Shown: piece by piece, positions 15,285-30,010 of the stretch
Layout: each line of letters starts with the position of its first letter
How positions within the stretch are numbered: the first letter of the stretch is position 1
Assembly (NCBI RefSeq): GCF_009914755.1
Contig: NC_060934.1
DNA from: the human T2T-CHM13v2.0 reference genome, Homo sapiens
Strand: one strand, 5' to 3'
Length of the DNA: 64,000 nucleotides
Translations under genes and position numbers: made by a program
The notes under the pieces: generated by a model
Told to the model about the DNA's origin: nothing
Seen by the model: only the letters and a program-made list of their open reading frames with translations
The model's database searches: none

Positions 15285-15379
15285 AGGCTGGGCATTTCGT
15301 TTTGTTTTGTTTTCTTACCTTACTAATCGCCAGTATATAGTCCCAATTACAAAGTGTTGCTTTAAATTCCAATTATTGC

Positions 15380-15673
<294 letters not shown>

Positions 15674-17749
15674 CCAATTATTGCTTTTTTAATAAAAAAC
15701 TGATTTATATTTTAAATTAATATTCATATACAAATGGGTATTTTGGGGGAGACTGGGGACAGCAAATATCTTCAGAAGACCTCCAAGAAATACTTTTCTT
15801 AGTGGAACAAATACCTAAGGAATGAATGATGAGTATAGGCCACTGTGGTACACTTGCATCTGATAAAGTGGTCTCCCTGCCTCACCTTGGCCTCTTCCTC
15901 TCTCCCTCCCATCCTTCTCCTCTTCCTTCTTTTTTTAAGGATGCAAAAATTTTTTTAAATAATAATTTTAATGTTTTATTTTAAACATGTGGCAAAGCAT
16001 GTCATTTCTAACCACCTAAATGTTTCAAAGGAGTGCCAAGAAAGGATGACTACAACGCAAAAAGAAACCCAAAGTAGCGGAAAGTGAGGAGGAGAGAGGC
16101 TTCAGTAAACAAGAAAGTGAAAAACTGTTCTAGAATCAACCTCTACACAAATTACAGTGCATTATGCTCAGTTCTCACAAACATGTTTTCTTCTGCAAAA
16201 ATTTAACACTGAAGCCTTTTCTAGCTAAGCCACATCTTGCTTTTTGACACATACGTGTCTATCATTTACTTATTTAGCCTTATATCTCATACAAGAGAGA
16301 GAAACCTCAGTATCTCTAGGTTTTATACAATGAATACAAGTTTTATGTAATCATTGATCTTGCACGTTCTTCATTCCCCACATACGTTCATTCCCCACAT
16401 ACCCCACATTTGTGCTCAAATGAAATATATAATTTTATTGTCCAATAATTCATGAAAGCACATAAAAAGAAAGTGCGAAAAAAATAAGAGGCTACATATT
16501 GCATAACATCATGGATAACTTTGAAGGCAGTTAAAGCATTTTAATAGTTTCATTTGATTTCAAAATAAATGTGTGCAAAAGTTAGTGACAATGCTATGAA
16601 CTTAGTTTAAGTAGCAGCTAAACTGTAGCTATTAATATACTGTACAGTAGTTGCTGCCAGTTAGAATAGAATGTTCCAGGCCAAATATTAATAGATGCAT
16701 TTATTCCCACTGAGCAAGCTAAAAAACTAATAAAGTATTAGTTTGTTAATAAAGTAATAGTAAAACTAATAAGTATTGCCCACAGATTACTCTTGCTAAT
16801 TCAGGTTTATGAAAACATGAATTTGTATTCCACAAGAATATATTCACATGTGGTTACATTGCTTACCTAATTTGATTCAATCTAATGAATATTTCCATGA
16901 AGGATTTATCCCTTATTCTCTATTTTTCCATATAGCATCCATCCAGCTATGTATTCACCTACCTATCCATTTTATTTTTTACACCTAAACTCATTTGATA
17001 TATTTCAAGAAAGTAAAATTAAACTGATATGGCAGTTATTTGTTGGCAAAATAAAGATAGATTAGTAAAGTCACATTTTCCCAGAAATGTAGTTACTACA
17101 AGTAACTGTGTGTCATGATGTCCATACTATAGTTGAAGGTCATGGTCATTTACCAAAGTCATACATCTGGCAGGACAATATTATATCAGTTGCTCAATAG
17201 GAGTGACACTCTTACTCCTACACACCTCTAATAAAACTTTCCATCATGAGTTCTTACGATATTACTTGGTGATGTAATGACAATGTGGGCATTTCCACAA
17301 AATCTCGGTAACCGCTGACATTTATACAGCTGTTGAAAATGCATAGAGGATATAAAATACAAAATAACACGAAATATTTTTACATGCTGTGCTCTGGGCA
17401 TTACTAAATTAAACCTATGATTTCCACAAGTTCCTTTTATATGGCAGTGTCCTATCTAGAAGAAAATTTAGGCATTACATAGAACACACAAGTATCCTGC
17501 ATTTCAGTTTTTTAATATGAAGCAAGTTCTATTACATGAAAAATATGACAGTCCTTGACATTTCTTGTTGTAAAAAGCCAGTTGGTCAAGGAAGTCCTGT
17601 TCACCTGGAGAAAACTTAGAGCATCCCATTTCACATGTGTGCACTGAGCCCAGCCACCGAGACCTCACTCGCGTTCCTCCGATGCTGTTCAGCATCTTCC
17701 CTCACCACTTAAGTGACGGAGCTTTCTCTCATCTGGGCTGCTCACATAC

Positions 17750-17866
17750 CTGAGGGGTGGGGGTGATAGCAAACACCTAGGGAGGAGCCTCTTAAACTTG
17801 ATTCTCCCTCCACTTTGTCTCTAATGCATGGCCTTCTTCACGAAACCTTTAAATCTATCATTAAAA
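17750..17866 (-). ncRNA. Candidate 117-nt internal exon (minus strand)
   Basis: Acceptor ccattttgtttcttcatccttag| and donor CTCAG|gtatgt on the minus strand. Confidence 0.35.
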
Positions 17867-17999
17867 CTAAGGATGAAGAAACAAAATGGCTCAGAGAATG
17901 CAGCAGGTAATGTAAATTCACATAGAGAAGCAAATAGTCATTGATAGCAGGTAGCTTTTTCTTACAGGCAGCAAGTTAAACAGGTAACAGTAAAACACT

Positions 18000-18160
18000 T
18001 AGGGCCAAAGACACGAGCTCAAATCTCTCTCAAGCCATTTCATTCAGCCCCTTCTCCTGTCCAAAGTTCTACTTCCTCATCTCTAAAATAAGGATAGTAA
18101 CACCAGGGGTTTTTAGAAGCTGAAGGAGATGAAAGTACTTCTAAACTCTAAAGGGCTAGC
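18000..18160 (+). mobile_element. MIR/MIR3 fragment
   Basis: cttcctcatctctaaaataaggatagtaaca core. Confidence 0.55.
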
Positions 18161-19709
18161 TGACTCTTATTTAATGTCTCAGCTTCTATTAACCAATATG
18201 AGAGAGTTCGCCAAGACAGCAGCATTCTGAAAAAGTGGTCAGAGTGGGCAGAGAGAATTCACTGGGGGATAAGCGTGGGGAACGGAACAAACAGGGAAAC
18301 TTAGATTCCTTTCTAGATGGTTTCACTTTCTTCATGGTTTTCCTAAAGCACTTATGTTTTTGACCTGCTGCAAGAAGTTTCACATAACCATTAGCGAATG
18401 GAAACTTTTGTCAAATGTGGACACCAGAATGCAACGTATCCAGCTGCACCTTAACAGGCAGAAAACCTGAACAAGCCTGACCAGCAGCAGACACCAGCTT
18501 CCATGGCATAACTCACAAGTAACGAACACTCGATCATATATTGATCATATAGTCTATGCAAAAATTCACTCCATTCATTTATCATCATACTTCTAACTTG
18601 GAGGGTATGGAGCATGCAGTGCACTGTGTTTGGAGAATTGGGCTAAAATTTAACCCACTTTGGAAATTTTATTCAATCTGTACATATGCATGTGTGCATA
18701 AACACAACCAGTTAAAATGAAAAATAATTGAAATCAGCATTACATTGAACAGATTTGCTCCATAAATTCTGCTTATTACATGTAACTAACATAGACTCTT
18801 TGATCAAAGAGAGATCAATGTAATTCAGTGACTCACCTTTTATAAAGAGTGTAATGAAGCAATTTTCACTATCAGCATAACAACTTCTTTCATAAAACCT
18901 ATTTCAATAATTTTAATCAAATATTTCTGAAAAATAAAGCATGTGCACCTTTCTTCTTGTGAATAGAATTAAATTGTTACCAACAGCCAAAGCAGCAAAT
19001 ATCTCTTTACTGTCTAGATATATGCAAAATTGAATAATCTAATAATTATTTCCATTTACTGAATTTATGAAAGAAGCTGAAAGAAAATGCAGTTTGTCGC
19101 TAAATAACAACTAAAATCTGAGATTCTTTTTACTATTTTTGCCTTTTAACAATGCCTTCTGAGAATTTAATTTTAATTATATTATTCCATTTAATTCAAC
19201 CCAATCCATTCTAACAAAAAAAATATTCAAATTTTGTTTAAGCACAGTGCCCAGAGTTCGAGCAGGGCCCGGATGATGTATCATAAGGGTACATCCTAGA
19301 AACAAAACATTTTAGTAACATGAAACATTAAAAGTGAAAAATGTGACTGCCTTAAGTGATGCATACATGTGGTTTAAAATAAGATTCCTTTTAATCTTGA
19401 TGAGTTTTGAACATAAACACTTAACACCGTAAAGGACATAGGGGGTCAGTAGAAACTTTGGCCTAAGCCTTAGACTTGTTGGCAATGCTACAGTTTATTT
19501 AAAATCGGAAAGCATTCCCCACTAGTGAAAAAAGGAAAACAAAACAAAAATTATACTCAATATGATTACCCAGCACTAGAACAGTAAACTTAATAACCTA
19601 ACTCTACTCCCTTTATTCAGAGAAAATAGATTTCTTAAAAGTCAAGCCCTACTAATATTAATCAGAACTGAGAGAACTATTATTGAATAATTATATTTAG
19701 GGAAATGTT

Positions 19710-19830
19710 TATTGAGCTCACTTGAAGTTCAACTTCATGGGAACAGACTTCTGTCTTGTTCTCTTCTGCTCCTTATTGTATAGAACAGTAACCAGCAAAT
19801 AGTAAATACTAGATTGTTACTGAGTGAATC
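19710..19830 (+). mobile_element. L2 3' end fragment
   Basis: ttcatgggaacagacttctgtcttgttc..tagaacagt..atagtaaatact..tgagtgaat. Confidence 0.55.
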
Positions 19831-20309
19831 AGTGTGGCGGAATCAATATGCAGTCAAATATACAGAGGATGTTTTGGAGTCTTGAAAAATGTGTAGGTGA
19901 AAAAGCAGTAAATATTACATATATATAATGATCATAAATTATTTAGTGGTAAGAGAAAGAGTTAGAGGGAAATATCTCCAAAATATTAATAGTGAGTTGC
20001 TTAAGGGAAAAAAATACAGTGTTATTTCCCACTCCCACTCAATTATATCTTTACAGTTTCCAAATTTTCCTCGGTGGGTACAGATTATTTTCACAATAAA
20101 ATAGTTTTTAACAACATCCTCTCACTTTCTAAAGTAACTATCAATGTGAATGGTTGTGGCTAATGACTGGAAAAAAAAGGGGCAGTTCAGAGAGGTGAGA
20201 ATTTGGAAAAAGAAAATGGATCTTTCCTGTGTTTCATTGAAAACAAATGATTAAAATATGATTAATATAAAATAATAATTTTAACAGGCTCAGCTGTGCC
20301 TATTTGAGA

Positions 20310-20610
20310 GGCAGTAAACTGCAGTGGCTCAGAACTCGGGAACATAACTTGCTGGATACCAGCTTGGGTGAGCTGGGAAACCCATGAGCTCACTCTGTTT
20401 CAGTTGCTTAACCTGAAGTTACTTAAACCCAACTTCAGTTTTTGTTTTTTTTTTCTAAATCTGTGAGATTTTTTTTTCTAAATCTGTGAGATGGGGTGAC
20501 ATTAGCACTCATATCCTATTGTGAGGATTACCAAAGTTCATACTTGTTAAAGCATGTCAAACAGTGCCTGGCACATGTTAAATGCTGTTAATGTAAGCTC
20601 TTATTATTAA
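20310..20610 (+). mobile_element. MIR with small internal tandem duplication
   Basis: tctgtgagatgggg..attgtgaggatta..acagtgcctggcacat; ttttctaaatctgtgaga occurs twice. Confidence 0.8.
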
Positions 20611-20806
20611 CCATTGTTCACCTTATATGAGGGACTGCAGTGAAACAAACACAACCATATTCAGCTTCATTCTGGACCTTTAACTCTGCCAAAACCCCTT
20701 CCTGTCTAGAGCAATACTTCCCTTTCCCCTTTTCTTGTTTTTCTCAGTGCTGTGTCGGGTCTGTGACATCAAATATTATCTTGCATGTATGGCCACCAAG
20801 CCTGTA

Positions 20807-20809
<3 letters not shown>

Positions 20810-20892
<83 letters not shown>
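20810..20892. repeat. Compound (TA)~20(GA)~21 microsatellite
   Basis: Seen directly. Confidence 0.97.
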
Positions 20893-20898
<6 letters not shown>

Positions 20899-22100
20899 TG
20901 TATATATGTCACTTACCCCACATACTCTGAAGCTATCTGCACATGCAAGTAGCCACAAAGTTGTAGTGAGACTTTTCAATTATTTGCCATATATAGATTT
21001 TGCTGTATGTAGGAATACTCTACGCAATCACCCAGATAAGCTTCTCAGTTATTCTTGGCATCCTATTTTAAGATACAGAAAGAATGGGCAATTGACTGAG
21101 CATAAATTAATTCCCTTATTTTTTGAAAGGTATATATCTTGTCTAACCAACAGTAGTCTTTTAGGGGGCCGGAAGTGGTCCTGAAACAGGGGGCACTCCT
21201 AAACATCTCCAAAACTTAAACCAACATCAAACCCATTGAAATCTCATATCCTGTGAAGTTTCCCAGGTTAAGACAATTAAATACTATAGCTGTTTACTAC
21301 TACCAGAAAGAGGGACCAAGTGTTAGTTCCCAAGTCCTCACTAAATCTTTTATAGATTCTTACACTAAAAAAGCACACAATGTTCTTTAGATTAACACAC
21401 CAAATTCTTAGCAGGAAGTTAGAGTATTCCCAGTAAATCCCAAGCAGGGCCAGGGGGAGCACAGGCATTCATGTGTGTTTGACCTAAGGCTCTTTCTCTA
21501 GTGAAAATTATTTCTCTTTCACCAGTAAGAAGAACCTACATGAACAAGTGCTGAAGGAAAGAGATACCTGCCCATCTCAGTCAAATGACCTAGTCTCAGT
21601 TATCAATGCAAATGGTGGATATCACCACCATTTTTTTTCCAACATCCAGGGCAGAGAAAGAATCTGTGTTTAGCTTCAGTGAATTTAGGGTTGACACTAA
21701 TGCTTCAATAAGGACAAAGATAACAAAAAGTTGAGTGGCTAAATATGTGGCTCTTTAATGCAGACCAATGATTATTCCAGGAATCTTCCTCTCTCTCCAA
21801 TTTCCAGGATTGAGAAACAGACTAAAATACTTAGAAAGCAAACCCAGATCATCTGAGTAAGACATTATGCTTCAAGAATGGAAGATAACCTACCAGCTTT
21901 ACCATAATCTCAGGTTTCTAGAAACATATGTAATACTACAAAACAAAAGCAAAGCTCACCTTAGGTTGAAGAAGGACATAAACAAAATATAGTGATGCAT
22001 TCCCTGGGTTTTGGGGAAAATCTATCCGGATGAAGCTTGGTGATGCTGATGGCAGACTATTTAGCAAACTAACAAATTTTGTGAGACTCTATCTTGTAAC

Positions 22101-22397
22101 TTTTTTTTTTTTTTTGAGGCAGAGTCTTGCTCCGTGTCCCAGGCTAGAGCGCAACGGCGCAATCTCGGCTAACTGCAACCTCTGCCTCCCGGGTTCAAGG
22201 ATTCTCCTGCCTTAGCCTCCCAAGTAGCTGGGATTACAGGCGCCTGCCACTGCACCCAGCTAATTTTTGTATTTTTTAGTAGAGACGGGGTTTTGCCACG
22301 TAGGCCAGGCTGGTCCCAAACTCCTGACCTCAGATGATCCACTCGCCTCGGCCTCCCAAAGCTATGGGATTACAGGCGTGAGCCACCGCACCCAGTC
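22101..22397 (-). mobile_element. Alu (AluS)
   Basis: Full antisense dimer; target-site duplication aactttttt. Confidence 0.97.
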
Positions 22398-23073
22398 AAC
22401 TTTTTTCTTTCTGTCTTGAACGCTGTTCATGCTTTAAGACTTCCTGATGATTACTAAAGTGGCCTATGTTCCTTCATACGGTTGACTGTATGTTGAATAC
22501 ACCATTGAAAGAATGGCTGAGAAAAAAAAATCGAGTGAGTCAATAAGAAAAAATGTGAACTCCAAGATTATTCACTTTCTGGAGAATCCTTCTGTATCTC
22601 TTATTCTACTTCCTCAAGTAATATTAGCATATTTTTTGAACCAAGCAAGCAGGAATAAAACCTGTCGCTTCAAGTTTTCTGTTGCACAATTTATTTTGAA
22701 GGATGTCATTCTCTGATGTTATATCTAAATTTTGGAAAGAAATATTAAGAATGTGGATGTTCAAGAATCAGAATTTGAAAAAACAAAACAAGTCTTGTTT
22801 CCTTTTTAAAGTAATCTACTGCAGTTTTTTGTGTGTAATGGTATTGCTTTTGGAAGTATAATTCTTTTCATTTTAGACTGAAACAGTATTGTTTTGTACA
22901 AAATCAGAAAGCATATTCATTTTATTCTTTCATTATGCCTTGATGTACATATGAACATCTATCTAGCTGTCAGGTTTTTTTTTTTTAAGTCTGTTCTGTG
23001 CCCTGAAAGGGAAGTTAAAAAAAAAAAAAAGTTGTGGCACTTCACCACTCAACCCTCAAAGTGAGAGGTGAAA

Positions 23074-23074
<1 letters not shown>

Positions 23075-23111
<37 letters not shown>
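23075..23111. repeat. (AC)n microsatellite
   Basis: About 18 units. Confidence 0.97.
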
Positions 23112-23115
<4 letters not shown>

Positions 23116-24090
23116 GCAGAGCAATCTCAACTGTGTTTCCACTTCCTGCTGTGCAGCAGTACCACCAAGAACCTTTGCCTTGGTTCTCAGCTTTATTTAT
23201 TTTGCTTTAAATGATATATACAGGCTGGCTATTCAAAAACGGTTCCCCATCCCCCACCTTTGAAATCAGTGCTGTGTTGATATTGAAATTGAGGTACATC
23301 TCATCTTGGCAGTGCCTTGGTTAGTTTACCACTTAGAATCAACTCATCTTGTTCTACGCTTTTGCCAAGGGCAGTATCACACAACAGGTAGAAAATTAAT
23401 AAATGTATATTGATAACTATACTTATCAGAATGCCTCTAGTGAATATTTAGAAAGCTTACTAGGCCTAAATCCAGGAGCTAAAAGGTGAAAATTGTATTT
23501 ACTTTCAACATATGGACGGTTACTGTCCCAACAATGACAGTTTGTAGCTTAAAAAAATAGCGCCAAAATTCTAGGATTATATTTTTCTAAAGTAAAGTCT
23601 TCAAGAAGTTTTAACATTTTATTAATTGAATTACCAGCAAGATGAAAGCATAGGAACCTTCCTTTCATCTGATATTCTAGGAATCTTTGAAATGTTTGTA
23701 TTTTTGCTCAGTTTAATATTGTTTGAATAAATCTATGAATATTTTTATTAAAATAAAGATTAGCTCTGCAGAACAAATTCAGTGCAAAGTACTTCAAAAC
23801 TTAAAAGATAATAGGGTAATTTTTATTTACAAGTAGCATGGTATATTGTGGGAAGGCGGATATGGCAAGCCCACACAGTTATAATTCCAAGTATGCCATT
23901 AAAATAGCCACAGGAGAGGTAGGATCAACATGTTCTGAATTGTCAAATGAATGAGAAATCCTGAGCCATAAGTGAAGTTTTCTCATTAGGTTATAGTATG
24001 TTTATAAATTTCAAGACTGTGATTTTATAGTAGCTATGAAAATATTTTCAGATAAATGAAATATATTAAAATAAGCTTAAACTCAAATAA

Positions 24091-24357
<267 letters not shown>

Positions 24358-27300
24358 TAAGTAACCAAGATGCTCAAACAAGCAAATATTTTCCTTGCGT
24401 ATGACTTACTACAAAAAAGAGAAAGAACAGAGAAATTAGTTCTGAAAGTGCATTTTTCTAAAGCCCATTTCAGTATTTGATAGCTCAGATCATATAGAAG
24501 TTTTAATCAAAATGCTAAAGAATATTTTATTAATATTCTTCTATTCCATCCTTTCCTTCAGTATTTCATAAATTATTTAGTTAAATGGTATTTTTTACCA
24601 TGTTTCCTGAAATGTCATTGATTTTAATCCACCTGAGAAGTCATTACCTCTATCTGTATTGAGAAATAAATTTGTCTTTAAGGTTTAATAGTAGTCTTTA
24701 TTATTTAATTTCCCTTTAACTACTATATTTTGATGCACTTTATAGTGTATTTTTTTTTGTGAAAGAAGTAGATTCCGGCAATTGATTTCCATTTGCAACC
24801 TACCTCCCTTATTAAACGGAAGTCAGTCATTTTAAGAGAACATATTTGCTTTGGATTCAAACAATTTAAGGGCCGGGAAGTGGGTTGGGGGTTATATTTA
24901 AAGGTATCAGCTAGTCCAGATGGCCATCTAGCTTTTAAAACTGCCGCCAAGCAACTTAAATATGTTTTATTCTTCAAAGATTTGGAAGCAATACAAGAAA
25001 TATTCTACTAATGTTCTGAAAGAATAAAGGAAGGAAGAGGAAGGAAGGGAGAAAGGGAAGAAGGGAGGGAGGGAATACTTAAAAACAAAATAAGTAGTAT
25101 GTCTATATTTTTCTTCCAAACATTTGCCCCATATTTTAAAAAATTTTAGTCATCATCACATACATGATCTTAAAAAGTCACTAGATATTTTTGGGAGTTA
25201 GTTGGTTCACCTCTAAACACAGGAATTTCAGTTGGTCTCTATAATTTCTTCATAGCATAGAAAACTGCTCTGCATGATTTTATACCAAGGAATGCTATGT
25301 TGTCTGCCAAGCATGAAACTTCGGAACTAAAGGAATTCATGAGTGTCTGGGGAACAACATGTTCTGAGCTACATGATTCTGAATCACTTAGAGTTTGGTA
25401 GTAAGTGTTTTATGCTATATTCAGATATCTGTAAAATTAGTGATACATATAGAATATGTCAAAATATTTAGCAAATAAATATGTCTCATGTGCTAAGAAT
25501 TTTACTCTTTTGGTAAAAGCATGTTTTATAAAATTCCACTTAATGCAGATCCTGCAAATGAAAAGAAAAATTAACAAAGCAGTCCTATTGTGATTACTGT
25601 GATTCCTGATTTTAACTTACGTTGAAATTGATGGTCACATATAGATAATAGTCTAAAAACTCAACCACATACTCATATGTTTCCAAAGATTCAGGAATTG
25701 GGCATTATGTGGATAGAATGTGTAAGGCTTACTAATCTAAGACTTTTCCAACAGTATTCCAAATATGACAGCAGTCACCCAGTTGGGCTCCTCCAATAAA
25801 CTTATTTATTCTCACCAAGTCTCTCTTTCATGGCCTTAATAATCATTTCCATTGGAATTTCAATAGTATTAAATAAATTATGAATCACACAGGAATAACT
25901 CCAACCTTTGTAGCAAGAATACGAGCTTAAATATGTTATGTATTTTCTAGCTTATTATCCCCCTGGAATTTTTGACAGAGATGCCTGTACAGGAAAATCC
26001 ACTAGCTTCCTAAAATGTGAACAAACTCTTAAAAACTTACTGAGGTATAGATTTAGATCATTTAATTACATTTTCAGTCATAGAGGCTTATTAGAAGTAG
26101 GTTATTAGATTCTGCTTCAATGCTCTATCTTTAAAATGCTTATTTTCCCAATTTCCATTGTTCTTATGTTTTCCTCAGACTTCCACTGTTAGTATTCTAA
26201 TGCATCTTCACAATTATATCTTTCTCTATTAAAGCAGGACTTCTGGAGGTTTTCTCTGGAGTGGTGGTTTTTACCCCCAAGGCTAGTAATTTACTAGTTG
26301 ACTTATGTAGGGTCAAGCCAATAGAGGAATCTCACTTTATTCTACATAAATATACGCATGAAACACCTAAAAGAGATGTAACAGACTTTATATACTTGAC
26401 ACACCCTATTGGAAATGTCACTTTTAGATTCAAAATTACTAAACCTGCCTTCTCTTACCTTATCTTCCTGTTTTTATCTCTCAAAAGGACAACATGTGAA
26501 TCTGTTTTCTCTAAATATAAAATAAAATAATTTATATCCCATATAAGTATAATTATATTTGACTATACTTACACAGTTATATCTCTATAAGCAAAACTAA
26601 TTTATCATTTATAATTTTATCATAGCCATCTCTCTTTTAGTTGACAACTTTTGTTTTGACATGAACCACAGAGCTTGGACATCAAGTTTTTAGATATTTT
26701 CACTCATGGGCTCCATGTTTTTCTAACACTGCTATTTTAAACTTCTTTTTCAGAGTTAACTTTTTGATTCCTCCCTTTAGGTAAATAAATATTATTTTAA
26801 ACTTTCAGCCATTTTTATGTATCTATAAGTGTAAAATAAATGTAGAAAGAAGCACAAAAAAATGTCTTTTTCTTCCTCCTTTGTGCAACTCAAAATGGCT
26901 GAATTGATTTACCTCCAAATATCTACATAGAGTTTAACCCTGAACAGACTTGAAACACACACAAGGTTTTCAGAAACTTCTAAGTGACCAGGGACATAGA
27001 GGAATAACAAAAGTCATCTTGAAACCTTAAATACACTGGTTTTTGCCACAGACATTGTAATTTACTAGCTGGGGATGGAAACCTCTGAAACAGCCATTTG
27101 TCTTTTAGTTAAAATGTAGCCTCATAAATACATGCATCTGTCCTGTGTATCTTTTTTTAAAAAAAAATCCCAAGAAGTATCATTTGTAAAATAGGTTTCA
27201 TGATATGTATTACCATTCACCAAAGTATTTAAACGTTCTTTCTTTAGAAAGTAGAATCTTGCAGATTAGAATAACTGTGTTGAAAGGATAAGAAATACTC

Positions 27301-29899
27301 CTTCACAACTGAGGAGACATCCTGTTTCATCCTTGGGTTTTATATGATTTAATAGAGGTAATGCTGTCATGCAGATAGTACCTTTTAAATAACCTCATTT
27401 AAGACCTTGATGGGCCTTACGTAGTCATTTTCAGGGGGAATCAGTACTACATCCAATTCAGTCATATGTATTTTAAATATGGAATTCTTTTAGCTAAATA
27501 TTCAAGGTTTGTGTTTGGCCAGAGACAATTTAAGTTAAATTTAGGAAATATCTTTGAAGAGTTTAATTTTCTCTTTCTCACCTTTAGTTATGTATTAATC
27601 ACTAACCCTTGAATTGCTGGTGCGTTTAAGGAAGAATGTTACAGATGTGGGCCCAATGCAAGTGAAACTATTGCTACTCATAGCCTTAAAGACTGTCTTA
27701 ATATGTACTTGTTTGAACTGCTTCCTCTCTACTGGACCAGTTTTTCCATCCTTTTCTGTTATCAGCTGAAGAAAGATCTATTTTTGAAATTTGTTCCCAT
27801 AACTAAAATGTGGTGGATTAACTTTGGCCATGAAGCTAAGTATTGTGAAGACGGAGATGTAAAAGTCAACACTATTAAAATCAACCACTCTCTGGGGACC
27901 TATTCTCCTTTTGATAGACTCAGAGTGTTCATTAGTTCTTTTGAATTTCTATGGGAGATCTGTGGGCAGAACCAAACCAGGAAATAGTTGCCTCCTAACT
28001 TTGAAAATACCAGGGGACCACATCGACACTTTCCACTATGTCATTCTGCTGACCCTTGAGCTCTGCTTTTATCTTCCTTAAATGAATCATTCCACTGTGG
28101 TTTTAATTAAGAAAAATCATGTTGTGGGGAGTGAAATGATCTGGGAAGGATCAAGCCAAAATTTATACCTAACTGGCTATCTTACAAACACAATGGATTT
28201 TTTTCCTGCATAATTCATTCCTTAAATTTTAAAAAATACCCTTAAGGAGAGGGGGGAAACATCATTTTTACAAAAATATTTTAATTAAAATCTTAAAGTG
28301 TTCATTTATTAATTTTATCAGAGGTATATAATTAAGCAACTCACTGTAGGTAATTAACACTCTGGATTGTCTAACACTGTCTAAAGTCCCCTAATCATTT
28401 AAAAAAATAGTTTCGCTTCTTTTGAAGCTCCTGTTTTTGTTTCCTGGGTGCTGTGATGAAAACCAAACAGAGCTGATATTTTCTTAGAATAATAAGCAAC
28501 TTAAAATTTAAAGTTGTTTTGTAACTGTAATGTCTTACCTGACTGTGATAGTCTAAAGCGATGGTTCTAGAAACTGAATTTGTGACTCTTAGAATTGTGC
28601 AGACTATTTTAAAGGCATGACAATATGTTGGAAAAAATGGTTATTTCCAGGGAGTTTCTTCAGATAAAAAAATGGTTTAAATATAGTAATAAGTGTAATA
28701 GAGGAATTTAGTAAAACTAACACTTTTTAACAGTTTAATAGTAAGAACTGAGTGAGCCCAAGAAACTGAACTGGAGTTGAAAACAAACTTGTTCAACAAT
28801 AGAGAAGAAAGGAAAATGGAAGCAACAGAGAATGGAGCTGTCTTCATTGCATGATTAGAGTTAAATGCAAATATGTGATGTTTGGTTTAAATGAATTTAA
28901 TTGATCCTATAAAATAGTCCAGACTTTAGATGCTACATCTTCTACTATTTCTGTAATAAGCCAGATATTGTTAAATGAACTTATGTCAATGTAACTGACT
29001 AATAGAAGCTAAGTTTATTTTGGGAGGACTAATATATTCAAGGAAATTTTTCATTATGTAAGCAAGTGATTTGAAGAGACTTAAAATGGCTTTCATGTTT
29101 ATGTTTTATAAGTTAATATCAGCTCCTGAAAATACAAACCACAACTACATTTAACACCATGTATGTAAGCCTACTTTTTCTAAAAAGAAAAAAAAAAATC
29201 TACCTGAAGTAAGTGGAAATTTACCTCTGGTGCACAATTCAGAATGGAATATTTTAAGGACATGATAATAATGTAGTTTTTATTTTTTTAACCAAACCAT
29301 GAAAAATAAAGTCCTATTTTATAACTAGGCAGACTGAAACAATTTAAGATGCTTATTATTGGCTCATTAATTATTTATTTAATTCTATCTTTTGATCAGA
29401 TATTCTCTACAAAGTACAATGGTAAGATGCTTGGGATGCAATGTAGAGAAAATTAAAATTGTGGGTGGGTAGGCAAATAGTGTAATATAATTCAGTGACA
29501 TTTACGTTCATGAGTCCAGTTGGCAAAAGGCATCGTATTTTTCACTAAGTGTAGGAAGAATCATAGAGAGATTCTTAGAGATCACTGATTCCATTTACAG
29601 TGGCCATGTAAATTCCTTAAATTCAAATGCAGCCCTTTTAAGGCCCACAGGGACAAGACGTTGAGAGAAGAGAAACAGCCCTATCAGCCTCGAAGTGAAC
29701 AGGAGAGTGCTCCCTGGCACAAGGTAGTGTCTGAACCTGGCCAGAGGAAAACTCAGCCCAGAAATGTGTACAGCGGGAAGGGGAGCACTGTGGGAGCGGC
29801 TCCTGGGGATGAGGTCTGCAGTGCATCTAAAGAGAGTGTTAAAAGTAGAGGGGAGAGTGTGCACTTGGTTGGAGAGCTGGGGTTAGTCTCAGACACTTA

Positions 29900-30010
29900 C
29901 CAATTATTTGTTATTTGGCAAATGATGTAACCGAGACTCTGTCTTCTCATTTATATGATGAGGACTACAATCTCATGTTGGTTAAGAAAATCAAACGTGC
30001 ACAAAGCTAG
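29900..30010 (+). mobile_element. MIR fragment
   Basis: ttggcaaatgatgtaacc..tcttctcatttatatgatgagga. Confidence 0.45.
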
